Source of the DNA: Ruditapes philippinarum
Taxonomy: Eukaryota
Assembly (NCBI RefSeq): GCF_026571515.1
Contig: NW_026852804.1
Span: 1-64,000, forward strand
Reading direction: 5' to 3'
Length of the DNA: 64,000 bases
The stretch's first letter is position 1. The number at the start of each line of letters is the position of its first letter. The notes beneath the pieces are model-generated. The model was not told the origin of the DNA. It did not search any database and saw only the letters and a list, made by a program, of their open reading frames with translations. This document shows, piece after piece, positions 13,630 to 25,635 of the stretch. The translations under genes and the position numbers were made by a program.

Positions 13630-13695
13630 TGCCACAAGTAATTACCTTTGCCAAAAGTACTTACCTTTGCTACAAGTTATTACCTTTGCCACATA
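13630..13695 (+). repeat. About 19-bp tandem repeat, about 3 copies
   Basis: GCCACAAGTAATTACCTTT-like unit repeated. Confidence 0.7.
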
Positions 13696-14823
13696 GAAGT
13701 CTCTGCTTCGATTCCTTACTCTTCCAATGTCTTTACTAAAATTCTTTAGTTATAACAATATTTATATTCATAAACATTTCATTTACATGATGAATTGACA
13801 AATATTAAATTGCACGGATGAATTTTTTTAGAAACTCTCTCCGTAAGCACTATCTCAAAGAGTATGTATTATAAAATGGTAACAATTGTACATGTATATG
13901 CGTATTTGTGTTAAATATGCATAACATTTTTCACTATAAACTTGCTTCTTTACATGCATAATAAAGTCAGCAATATGCACTCAGGCTGTGTCCTAATCGA
14001 ACCGATCTTAATAATAAAGTAAAGACTCAGATTCTTTCGAATGTGACCGTGGTCCCATGTGTTTACGCCGGACACACAAAGAACCAGGTTTGCCTCTTAG
14101 AACTGACAAGTCTTTATGCATTTTCCTCCGGTTTGGTAAATAATTAATATACATCTACATGCTTCGCCCAGATTGACAACAATAAATAAATACAAATAAG
14201 ATTATTCAGCATTAGGTTAATCATTTCATAATGCCATGCAAGTCTAGCGCTAATGTATACGGTGCCCAAATTTTAGGTGCGGACCATTGATACGGTACCA
14301 AGAACTCGGTCAGTTGTCACGCTTTTATGACTTTTTTAAGAAATTAAACAGCTTAAATTTGTGTGCAATATTTTTTGTATACATATCTTTGATGCTTAAA
14401 GTTATATCAAATAAATATTTTGATTGACAACATAATTTTCTCCTTTTTAAAAGTTTTCCAAATGATCATTTTACCCCAAGCCAGCTCTAGCTGTTTTCAT
14501 TAAAACAAAGAAACCGTACAAGTCTTTGATAAAAACTAGATGAAGACATAAGCTTAAATGATCATAATATTCCGTAGACACACTTTTATGAATACACTTG
14601 CTTCAAAAGTGTGATTTTCAGGTCGTTTTCCATCATGCATGTTGTGTTTCAGTGTTTGTTTTGTCTAAAATGATACGGTGCTGCACGCAGGATGAGAAAT
14701 TATCGACGGTACGCGGAAAAATGATGCGTATACCCTTGACACCGTGATATGTGTTGCATAAAACTCGGTTTAATTATTGAAGATGTATTGCCGTTTCCCT
14801 TATTAATGCAAGTATACATGTAT

Positions 14824-14846
<23 letters not shown>
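14824..14846 (+). repeat. (CA)n microsatellite
   Basis: Direct reading of the CA run. Confidence 0.95.
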
Positions 14847-14854
<8 letters not shown>

Positions 14855-16814
14855 CCTGTTCTGGTCTATAGCATTTTATAAAATATATATTTTACCCCCT
14901 GTAAAAATATTCAATTCATGAAATAGCCGGAACTTATTTTATGGAAAACATTGATTTATTTGCAAGCCATCTAGGTGTTGATTTGTGATTTTTATAACAG
15001 CATTATAGACAGAAAACCCAATTTCAAGACACTCTACTTGGTTCTTCTTCAAATGCTTACTTTCCTGGAGCCTGATTGCAGTTTCCTTTCATCTGTAGTA
15101 AGCAATGAACAGCAACGAATTTAATTCAATAAGTTTACATAATACTAGGAATTGCAATCAGACAAAGAATATAACTGAATTTTTCATGTCTTTACAGGAT
15201 AAATGAATATTTATTGAAGTGGTGGGTGTAGCAATCATCAAGTAAGCATTCAAATGTCCTACTTTAAACAACATTCATCAATGTGTTATGGTGAAAACGA
15301 AGGCGGCAACATTCACAAGAATTGTGCAGAATAGGATCAGGAACAATTTGTTTTCACCTTCACAAGCTTTTAAGTTTGCGACCCATAAAACTCTAGAAAA
15401 AAAAACAAAGCTATTTATTTGTGGATGTCATGACTTTACCAATTTGAGTTGAATAATTTATCCTCATGAACGTTTTGATTTTTATTCTACGGAATCCAAA
15501 CTGAATTAAAAAAAACACGTCAATCAAGGTACAATCTCTTTGAAATGTTTGTACGTATTAGAGATATGTTCAAAACTTCACATAGCTGTATATTTGATCA
15601 ATTAAAGCTAACTGTAAACAACAATTTGCAATAAGATTAAATAGGATTATTCAGTTACCTAAAAAGTTTTAAAAGTTCAATAAGAGCAATGTCTACACTG
15701 TCTGATTTCTTGCATAAAAGATGTTAAAACGTTATGTTAAGATAACATAACGATAATATCCTGAACATGTGTGTATGTTTTACTTTTTTCATATGTTTGC
15801 ATATCGGCATGTTTGCAAACAAAATACATGGCTACCCAACAGTACAAGTGTTGACAAAAAACAAAACAAACAACAATACCACATGTACATGAACTGTATT
15901 TCTAATAAACTGATGCACGGTTCAATTGATAACAAACACACAAACACTTCTCGAAAAGAATGTTTCATTTGATAAAAATGACAAAATGAATGATAGGCAA
16001 CAGGTAAAAGCAATGCAAGTTTAAAGCTATGAGGACATTAAAAGGAGGACAAATAATTATTTCATACCAATTTTGCTTAAGACATTTCTTTAGCACACGG
16101 ACGACATTTGTCTGAGATTTTCCAGGACAGTATAAAATTGAATTTGTTTTATCACTATGGTTACGGATTACTGTCATTTACAATTCAAATGTAATAGTGA
16201 AAGATTTCACAGAAAATATTCGTCTGTATTAGGCTTCATTTGCGTCAGTATTATTGAAAAGGTCTCCGTTCATTGAAAGTCGCATTCTCCTTTGTTGATT
16301 TTATCTTTCGTATTTTACCAGATTCTCTGATTCTCCTTATTGGATTCCTGGAACAGTCATTCCTAAAACTTGAATCAAGAACATTTGTAAAGTAATTTCT
16401 TTATAGATCTATATAACATCCGGTAATGAAAAATAATTTTGTATGTAAATAATACACTATAGCGGCAAATAAATCTTATTCCACTAGTTAAGCTGTGAAA
16501 TCGCCATATGACTGTAACAATGTCGGCATGACTTAATATACAAACAACGACATTAATTTTTTCGTCTGTGTGTCAGTTAGTGAAGATTTCTTTTAGTGTA
16601 GAATCAGAATAGCGTAGTTACACATTGTGAAAAATGGAGGAGAAAATGCTAATGGAGAATATTCTAATAAGGTTAGATTACAATACCCACCGTGTATGTC
16701 CATTAACGCAGCAATGTACAAACAACATAAAATAAACGCCGAATCTGAGCAACGCTATGGCCATAACGAGTAGTACATTAAGTAAGCGGACCTAATTGTT
16801 TTATCTGATATTAA

Positions 16815-17608
16815 GGTATTAGCACCCTAATGCATTTCCTCCGCGTTGAAGAGTATTCAAATAGGCTAGAATTACTGTTAACTACATTGAAAATGAGGGC
16901 CATGGGTTCAATCCCCAGAAGGGTCAACTTTTTTTTCTTTCTTTTTTTCTTTTAACATTATTTATGTATCTCTCATGTCCCATATGGAATGAAAAAAGTG
17001 TTTAATTTTGAATTTTTAATTTATATAGGTATTTATTGGCTAAATTATGCTAAATCTAGTAATAAATATGGTACCTGATATTTTCAAAGTGTAATATAAT
17101 CAAAACTAAACGGTAAAAGTATTTCATATTTTACAAGATCAACCAATATACTTTTTTAAAAAATTTAGGGAAACTTTGAAAACAGGCACTCATTTGGGTA
17201 AATTTTAAGAATTTTTTGAATTAGGCTCCCTTAGTAGAAAATGGTCAGACATGTGGTAAAATGGGTGGGGGGTAGGGTAACAGTTTTATACAGATTTCAT
17301 AAATTTTAAGTAGAAACCATAATTTTGCTTATGTGGATTGTTAGCTGAATGGTACTATTTGTTTCTTACCAAAAATTCATGGGAAAACATTTTTCATTAG
17401 AATGTTATTGCAGATTATTTAAAGGTTCCTTATTTCTAAAAAAGGGCCCTCATAACATCCTAGCTTGAGTTCAGAAAAGAAGCCATAACTTGATTTCCGT
17501 ACGGTAAACTTTGTTTAAATTTTGCATACAGGTGTACTTTAAGGTATACATCTGACCTATGATGACATTTCTTTAGTTCCTGATAGTGCCCATTAGGGTC
17601 CTAATACC
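16815..17608 (+). mobile_element. Kolobok-type non-autonomous DNA transposon (TTAA TSD)
   Basis: TTAA|GGTATTAGCACCCTAATG and CATTAGGGTCCTAATACC|TTAA. Purine-purine terminus with TTAA TSD fits Kolobok; piggyBac would start CC/CA. Confidence 0.8.
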
Positions 17609-18349
17609 TTAAATGAAACGAAATGAACAAGCACATACGGCTGCCAAACTACTTGTGTCGCATAACACTAGAACGAAACAGGTAAAAATACGATTCAGAT
17701 ACTTTTAATAAGGTTACCAGCGTTATGTGCATAATTCACAAATTCGGCATTATCTGTAAAAAAAAAAGGTCTCCGTAACTTTTTACATGCTACTTTGATT
17801 GTAATATGACAAGTAGTTTGCCAAATGTCTAGGGTACACCCACTTTAAAAAAACACTATAATGTAATATATATTGTAAAACATTGACGAAACACAAACGT
17901 CGCCATCAATACGCTAGTCAGGTCTTCATTCTCACGAATGATTTTGAAAAATGAACACTTTTATGGAAAATATTTTAAACTTTTATGAGGTTTAGACTAT
18001 GATGTCTCCACAACCATATACGCTAATTTATTCGTTTCATTATGATATACAATGAATACTTTTGCACGGTTCTTGCGTTATTTGCACATTTCTGTGTTTC
18101 TGGATGTACACTACGTTACATGAATTAATGTGTTTATGTTTTGATTTTTAAATAAAACACGGTTCATTTACACATTGCCTTGACACCCTCATTTTCCCTG
18201 GTAAATATATTTTTCTTGAAAAGATTAAAGTCAATATGATTGAACAATGTCATTTTTAATAAGTAGATACATATGTAACAGCCTCACGTAAACAAAAGTA
18301 CATCGTACTAAGATTATTTGACAAAGATAAAGGTTATGTACATACATGT

Positions 18350-18650
18350 AATTGTTAGAGCATTGGTACATAAGTTACGAGCATTGAAAATGAAATTTAA
18401 ATTTCAAACATAATCGTTACATTATGTAACATATGCTACAAATGTTACAGCACATGCCCTAAAATTGTCAGAAATCGGAATCAATAGGGATATATTGATA
18501 GTACAGGATTGGTACATAGCTGTAAAAGCATTGTTACAAAATGTACGAGTATTAAGATTGAATTTTCTTTTATAAATGACTGTTGTTACAATGTAACACT
18601 GTTACAACACGAACCCTAAAATGGTCAGAAATCGAAATAAGTAAAGTAAG
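18350..18650 (+). repeat. Diverged about 157-bp tandem duplication (satellite-like)
   Basis: TGTTACAGCACATGCCCTAAAATTGTCAGAAATCGGAAT at 18443 recurs as TGTTACAACACGAACCCTAAAATGGTCAGAAATCGAAAT at 18600. Confidence 0.65.
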
Positions 18651-20724
18651 TATATAATTGTTATATTGACTTAAAACTTTTACAAATGAATTTCTTTTAT
18701 ATAAAACAAATTATTTATATCAGACTGGCGCTCTTGAGTTGTACAAAGGGACTGGCCGGTCAATATATTTCCAATGTGTCCTGAATCGGGCAGTTGACTG
18801 CATGTTACCTTAAGTTTGTTAGTAAGAATTTAATGAATGTGAATCAAGTTTATTTTTTTTGTAATTGGTATAATACCTTCAATTATGATCACGGTGCTTT
18901 TTTAAACATCTGTAGTTAATCTTTGGAACAACTATAATGTATTTTTGTTCTAAAATCTAAGTCCACTGATACAATGAAACAACAACATTTTTTACATTTG
19001 TCACTGACAAAACTAAAGAGGTCATGGCAAAACTATTCATGTTATAAAAGATTATCCCGACAAATGGCATCTTAAAAGTTTTCACATTCAGTGATATTAA
19101 CCACTAAAATAATCTAAATGTATGGGAATAGAGACAATTATTAAAAGCCTGTAAATTAAGTTTTAGATGATACATTTTCTCTGTGTTTGTAAATTACAAT
19201 TACGATGTTACATTTGTCTGAGACATTTAAGTACGTCAATACTGTTGTTCGTGGCAATAAAATTCCTGACAATGTAACAAGAATTAAATCCTTTTGACCG
19301 ACATGTTGTTTTTAAAGACTGTGATAAGTTGTTTAGGATCTGAAACCATAAAAAAGTGCAAATGTATGTATAGCTTGCTGCCTGTCACATGATACTCAAA
19401 ACTGTTATACAGACATAATATACTTAGTTCTGCACCAATTACTCATAACATAAGTTATGAGAAGCATGTCTACAGAGTATGATCGAACTAGAAATCATCG
19501 AACCATCTATATACATGTGTAGTGAACAAGCACAGACAAGATATCTTTTTTGTTATCATAAATATATCTAAAATTGATGCGTTACCTGATAGTGAGATTC
19601 AAACAAATGCATATACAAAAATTATTGATAGGACAGGACACTCACAAGCTTCCAAAGCTTTCTGCCAAATCCCAAAATGTATTGTGTAAATATATCGAAT
19701 AAAATATGTTTAAATCAATTCAATTGATTAATTAATTTCTATCTTGTGTGTTATCAAATTAGAAAAACACAATTAATTATAATATGACTAATGATAATTT
19801 AATTTAATATACAAACATAAAGTTAAATTGTACATGTTGAAATTATCTGATTTTGTCCGTACATTAATCCGCGGAATTTGAAAGAGGCTAGTCTTCAATA
19901 ATATTCAATAATTCACAGATCCAATTTGTCTTAATAATGTTTATTGCTATTGTTTGCATATTCAAAAATGCTTCAAACTTTAGCATAATATTCTTTTTAA
20001 TAAAACACCTCATTGGACAAGTTGAATTTGCTTCCTAAGTACTAATACTGATTAAGCTAAGGAAAATATATGGGCTATTCAATTAACTAACTTGTCGGTA
20101 TGAAGATCGTATATTTAAGAAGAAAGGTAAGAATATCAGGTTTGTTAAAAATGTTTCTCGACGTAATGAATATAACCAGGAAACAGTTGAATTAGCTATA
20201 TGTAAATATATACCCGCACCAGAAAATATATTATACTGATATGGAAAACAAACATTCCAAAAACTACATGTTATTCCTAATAGAAAACTACAATCGTTCT
20301 TTAATCTAAATTTGGTTATGATGAAATGATGTCCCTGTTGACTGATTATAACACCGCAAAGCTTTTTATGCGATACAACAGGAAATGATTTACCATAATT
20401 TTCCCATAAAATGCTTCACAGACAAATGGATTACTCATTAAAAGTCCGTTTTCCTTACTAGGTCACATTTGTCTATGGTAAGAAATAATTGATTGATATT
20501 TCAATTAAAGGCATCTTCTGGCATATTCTTTAATATTAATTAATTAGGGAATGTGTTTATATATTTTGCAAGAGGATCATATTTTTTGGAACTTTTCATA
20601 AAGTTTCTTCGATTTCCTCCAAATTTAAAACAAAAGTCTCTCTTGGAAAAGAGATTAATTTTTTTTAACTCGCTCTGAGGTCAAGGTCATGATTTTGATG
20701 TCTTAAAGTCCTTTAGCCTGGCTT

Positions 20725-21778
20725 AAATTACGGAAATATTTTACTAAAATTTACAATCGGAACTTTGATTTAATTTCTAAATTCAATAGTGATTTAAAAA
20801 CTCTTCTGCGACAAGGGATTAGCCAGCCTGGTTTTTATGGCGCTGTGATTTACAAACTTCGTAAGATTTTGGGTCATGGTAATTTTTCTGCAGTTTTTAC
20901 TAAAATCATTAAACGTTTTATTAAAAGAGGTTATGACCCTACTATTTTAAGACATACTGCATGTTTAGTGTTCAACCCTTTTACAGTTGGACACTACGCT
21001 TTCCTCTTTTTATTGCATCTGACGGACCAAGTGGGAGACTATGATGGATAGTTCGTAAAGCCCTTTGGGACTGAATTATCTTAATGTTCGTCATTTGCCT
21101 TGCTTCGTCGGGCCCTTGTAGGTGATTTTCTTTTTGCTCTGTCTTCCTTGAGGACATTGAGTACTTTTGTTATGGTCATTGGGTTTACTTTTATATGTTT
21201 CTACATGATCATTTTAGTGTTTTACTTATTTAACCTTTTGAAATCATGACAACTGTTAGAATTTCACTTGGCGGGGATTCATTTTATTTACACTGTCTCG
21301 TTTATAGGAACATGGTGGGGCTAAGAGCGAGGTTTGGTGCACCATTAACCGGTTTTAACTCCCCAGCAGTCATTATTATGCTGCATGCTGCTGACCGTTC
21401 CAAGGCGGCGCCCACTGTGTTCCTCAGGTGTATGTCTATGTTGTTTCATACTGTTTTGGTGACACTTTTGCTTGTGTCCCTTGTTGTTTTCTCGTCTACG
21501 GTAAGTATCTTCCCCATTGCCTCTAGATTTTATTTCTTTGATTAACCCTCCCCCCCTTCCCCCGGTCTCCTGTCCCCTTTGTGGGCCTATTATTACTTTC
21601 TTTGAATTCCTAATCAGTAACAAATTATTTATCATTTAATGATTAACCTGTTTTTGCCTTTCCTGTTTTTGTTTGGGGTCCGCCTGGGCTCCTTGTCATT
21701 GGTTCTTGTTGCTGGGTCACATGGGGGTTGCGTTCATTGAACGCCGCCTTTCCTTGTTGATCTTGTTTATCATATTTT
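20725..21778 (+). mobile_element. 5'-truncated Penelope-like retroelement (ORF C-terminus plus 3' region)
   Basis: Open frame 20725-21051 KLRKYFTKIYNRNFDLISKFNSDLKTLLRQGISQPGFYGAVIYKLRKILG...LRHTACLVFNPFTV resembles, from recall, the post-RT C-terminus of mollusc Penelope-like ORFs. The 3' end TGATCTTGTTTATCATATTTT is linked to the ORF in a second, internally deleted copy (38650-38868). Confidence 0.7.
21314..21416 (+). ncRNA. Twister ribozyme-like motif, P5-type permutation, slightly degenerate
   Basis: P4/L4 ACC-GU-UCC-AA-GG-C-GG matches the twister GU-NNN-AA-NN-C loop. Upstream GAG(C)-GA-GG gives P2 3' strand, catalytic GA and T1 partner. UAA-CUC-CC gives cleavage loop, P2 and T2. P3 CAGCAG/CUGCUG; P5 GUGGG/CCCAC closes the fold. 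Confidence 0.65.
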
Positions 21779-23386
21779 GTCAACCAGCGTCCATTTTCGC
21801 GGGCCTGGTCTAGTTGTCTCAAGTCCTTTACCTGCAATTTTGTCAGGGTTTTGCCCTTAAAGAGCAGGGTTTGACCTGAAAATTTCAGGGCACGGACTTT
21901 CGATGCAGGCCTCGAAAATGCAGGGGTTCGAAACCCGCTAGGGCCTTTGGCAACAGAGTTACAGCGCGTCAACTACAGTCCTGTCGGATAAGGATTGTCG
22001 TGAGAGGCCCCTTTACCCTCGGGCCTTTAGTGGCTCCGTTTACCCTAACCCTAGACCCTAACCCGTGTGTATAAAGTCCGGGAGGGCCTCACGATTAGAC
22101 GATTTTCGAAATTTAACCTTTTTTCTCTTAACATTTTTTTGTCTCCATGGAAACATCAGATAGCCAATCACAAAGAAGACTTTTATCGATATCAACCTGG
22201 GTAGTGAACCCTGTATAATTGTTGTATAGTCCCGCGATAAAAGTCCTTCCGTGGACTTAGCTCAGGGGCCTCTATTTGATTAAAAAGTAATATACGCCAT
22301 TTTGAGAAAACCACATGGAGAGTTTAGGGGGAGATAATTGAAGGGAATCAATTTGCTGTTAGTTCAGTTGTTCTGTAGATATAGAGCTTCCTAGTGTTGT
22401 CTTTGTGCGTGATGTGGATTTTTTACGTTTGTTTTTCTATGTCAAGAGGAAGGGTTTCCACGTGAAGGAAACTGAACTGTGCGGGTACCGGGGTTACGGC
22501 GTGTACCATCAGGCGGACCTGGATTCTGTGGTCACTTTTTTAAAGGATCAGAGGATCGAGTTCCGTCTGATGGTTGAGGCTGGGTCACTGAACTCGAGTA
22601 CCGAGTACTCCCCCGACCCCGGCTGCTTCTAACTCTGAGGCAATGTCACGGGGGACTCTCGACGGGGCCTCTGCCTCCGAGTGAGTCTGTCTTTTGTACA
22701 TATGTTGTTGGTTTGCTTGTTCTGTTTCTTATGTTCTTGTTACTTTCATTGATTGGCTCTGTGATTCTTTGAGCTCCTTGATTTCAAGGCCGGTCGCAAA
22801 TCGACTGGCCTACCCCTTGCCTAGTCTACCGACCTCATCGCGGTGCAAGGGTGAACATCTACGAGAAGTAGGTGGCCAACGGGTAGACAATAAACAATGT
22901 GAGGTCCAGAAAAATAAGAGCCCCTGCTTGACAGAGTCAGGATTATATATGACAGTTTGTCATGACTGAAGCAGAGTCTTGTCACTTTTACGGTTTTTTT
23001 TGTCAACCAAAGGCCCCTCAGCAGAGTTCTAAACATCAGTCCCTTAACTTCCAAGGACTAACCCTACAGGCCTATAACGACATTGCTTAGGGGTTAGTGG
23101 CCTATGGACTAAGACGAGGGGACTTTGTAAACCCTGGTTCTTGAACCCCATTTGATTTAGTCCGGTACATAGTCGTTAAGTCCTTCTTTTGTCGTTATAG
23201 TCCCTGAAATTGTCGGTTAAGTCCCTCTTGGTATACCATCCTGCATAATTGCTATAGTCCCGCTATAAAAGTCCATTTAAAATATGATAAACAAGAACAA
23301 TCTCGTTAATGTCCACTACAGTCCTTCCAGTATATATTGAAAAACTACATTTTTTTACAGGGTTCGTCTCCATGGAAACGTCGGAT

Positions 23387-23554
23387 AGCCAATCAGAAAG
23401 TAGAGAATTTATCGATATCAACTTGGGTAGTGAACACGTATAATTGCTATAGTCCCGTGATAAAAGTCCTTCAGTCAGGGATTCTACCGATTATAAACTC
23501 GGGGTATCGATTTTTTGTTATATAGTAGCCCGCTTCTCTTCTCATCACTCATTC
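23387..23554 (+). promoter_or_regulatory. Candidate Pol II promoter of the recombinase gene (CCAAT, TATA-like and Inr-like motifs)
   Basis: AGCCAATCAG at about 23387, TATAAA at 23492-23497 and TCATTC at about 23549, upstream of ATG 23564. Motif evidence only. Confidence 0.3.
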
Positions 23555-23698
23555 TGCAGTTAGATGCCAAAGAGACAGGACGTCAGCATGCCTCCTAAAC
23601 AGCACAGAAATCGTTACAAGTGCACGATATACAAGGCTCAGGTTGTTAAAATATGAAAAACAAGATCAACAAGGAAAGGCGGCGTTGAATGAACGCAC

Positions 23699-25635
23699 AA
23701 CATAGATAAATACAGAATCCCTAAAGAAAGCCCAACACGGCAAAATTGAAAATGTTGCAGGCTCGGTTTGATTGAGCCTGTTCATGGACGGTATTGGAAA
23801 GTGCAAGTTACCGTCCACGCCCCCTAGCACCGGCTTAAGCAGAATTCAACATTTAAACATGAAATAGTAAAATTTTGAATTTAGAAATATCCGCAGATGT
23901 GTTCATACGGCGGTCCATCATGGAACTTCAATGTGACACTTCCGTGTCATTCCATGAAAAGCGGCGTATGGTCCCCAAGTAATAAAAAGCGTGTGCCCTA
24001 AACGAGAAAACAATGGGCGGAACGAAATAAAATGGAATTTTGAAAAGGGGATCTGAGATTATGAAGCCTGCATATCACAGACAAGACGTCAAAAGACAAA
24101 TTTTAAAAAGCAGGCAACATATCCTAAGGGTGATTCAACATTATTCAAGTAGGAATATTGGAACCACCCAACTAGAAAATGCCGAAAAGTTGAAATTAAA
24201 AATACCACAAGCACAACAATAATGTCGTGCTGAACGATCTTCAAGGATCGAAAATATAACATCATTGATTAAATGTACGGGGAGACTTTTTACAGCCGCC
24301 ACACGGCACAAATAACACGGATGTGATCATAACATAGATAAATACAGAATCCCTAAAGAAAGCCCAACACGGCAAAATTGAAAATGTTGCAGGCTCGGTT
24401 TGATTGAGCCTGTTCATGGACGGTATAGGTCACTCAACACATTAGAGGCCAACACATGCACCAGCTAGGGTCCGAGCAAAAGTGTCAGCTCCGGGGCATT
24501 TCTCCTTAATTGGCGAGAAGTTCGTGGTCCTAAACGTACGGTACTATAAACTGCGTCCTGTGTTGGAGTGCCAAAAAATGTTGACAGATATACCGCGGCA
24601 CTTAAGAGATGTCCATTCCATCTCGCGGATGGAATGTAAGCACGGAAGCGACCAGGATATGCAATCTCGATTGGACAATTCCACAAGAGGGTTCCATGAT
24701 AACCGCCGTATGAACACATCTGCGGATGTCTCTAAATTCAAAATTTTACCATTTTCGTGTGACATTTCGTGTTACCATTTTCGTGTACCGTCCATGAACA
24801 GGCTCAATCAAACCGAGCCTGCAACATTACAATTTTGTCGTGTTGGGCTTTCTTTAGGGATTCTGTATTTCTCTATTTTATTGTCACATCCGTGTTATTT
24901 GTGCCGTGTGGCGGCTGTAAAACGTCTCCCCGCACATTTAATCAATGATGTTATATTTTCGATCTTTGAAGATCGTTCAGCGCGACATTATTGTTGTGTA
25001 TACATTTTACATGGTATTTTTAGTTTCTTGTATTTGGCCTTTTTCAATTTGGGTGGTTCCAATATTCCTACTTGAATACTGTTTAATTACCCTTAGGATA
25101 TGTTGCCTGCTTTTTAAATTTGTCTTTTGACGTCTTATCATCCCCTTTCAAAATTCCATTTTATTTAGTTCCGCCCATTGTTTTCACGTTTAGGGCAAAC
25201 GCATTCTTTTACTTGGGGACCATACGCCGCTTTTCATGGAATGACACTACTGTGTCACATTGAAGGTTCCATGAAAACCGCCGTATGAACACATCTGCGG
25301 ATGTTTCAAAATTTCACCATTTTAGTGTTTAAATGTTGAATTCTGCTTAAGCCGGTGCTAGGGGGCGTGGACGGTAACTTGCATTTTTCAGTACCGTCCA
25401 TGAACAGGCTCAATAAAACCGAGCCTGCAACATTTTCAATTCTGTCGTGTTGGGCTTTCCTTAGGGATTCTGTATTTCTCTGTTATGTTGAATTCTGCTT
25501 AAGCCGGTGCTAGGGGGCGTGGACGGTAACTTGCACTTTCCAGTACCGTCCATGAACAGGCTCAATCAAACCGAGCCTGCAACATTTTCAATTTTGTTGT
25601 GTTAGAATTTCTTTAGGGATTCTGTTTTTCTCTAT
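23699..25635. repeat. Cluster of a structured dispersed repeat family: about 630-bp units with terminal direct repeats, arranged as an inverted pair
   Basis: 23699-24426 is a diverged reverse complement of about 24786-25482; extra tandem end at 25486-25635. Hairpins TGGACGGTA..TACCGTCCA and CAGGCTC..GAGCCTG. Further copies at about 42165-42250, 51270-51420, 52299-52362 and 52992-53205. Confidence 0.85.

Larger units (their letters stand above)
4387..14746. mobile_element. Non-autonomous DNA transposon with CAC termini and 5-bp TSD (Transib-like); outermost layer of a nest
   Basis: 78-bp TIRs at 4387-4464 and 14669-14746 starting CACGGTGTCAAGGGTATACGCATC (first 40 bp perfect). Flanked by ATATG at 4382-4386 and 14747-14751. 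CAC termini with 5-bp TSD are Transib hallmarks. No recognisable transposase, so the superfamily call is tentative. Confidence 0.8.

Noticed and set aside
14040-14100. SINE central-domain-like fragment (GGACACACAAAGAACC)
   Set aside because: Too short and diverged to assign by eye.
15278-16363. Minus-strand exon candidates, including VLWVANLKACEGENKLFLILFCTILVNVAAFVFTITH* (15278-15392) with downstream AATAAA
   Set aside because: Joining to the upstream candidate exon creates a stop and no consistent frame was found; possibly a decayed gene, but unsupported.
16848-16928. Functional tRNA gene
   Set aside because: Only the T-arm/B-box is recognisable; no A-box or full cloverleaf, and it lies inside a MITE.
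24482-25075. 197-aa ORF as a complete gene
   Set aside because: Only the first about 70 codons (zinc-finger-like) are credible; the rest reads through an inserted repeat.
25335-25435. Hammerhead, twister or pistol ribozyme in the structured repeat
   Set aside because: Hairpins are present, but the CUGANGA core and the twister/pistol pseudoknot partners are missing.
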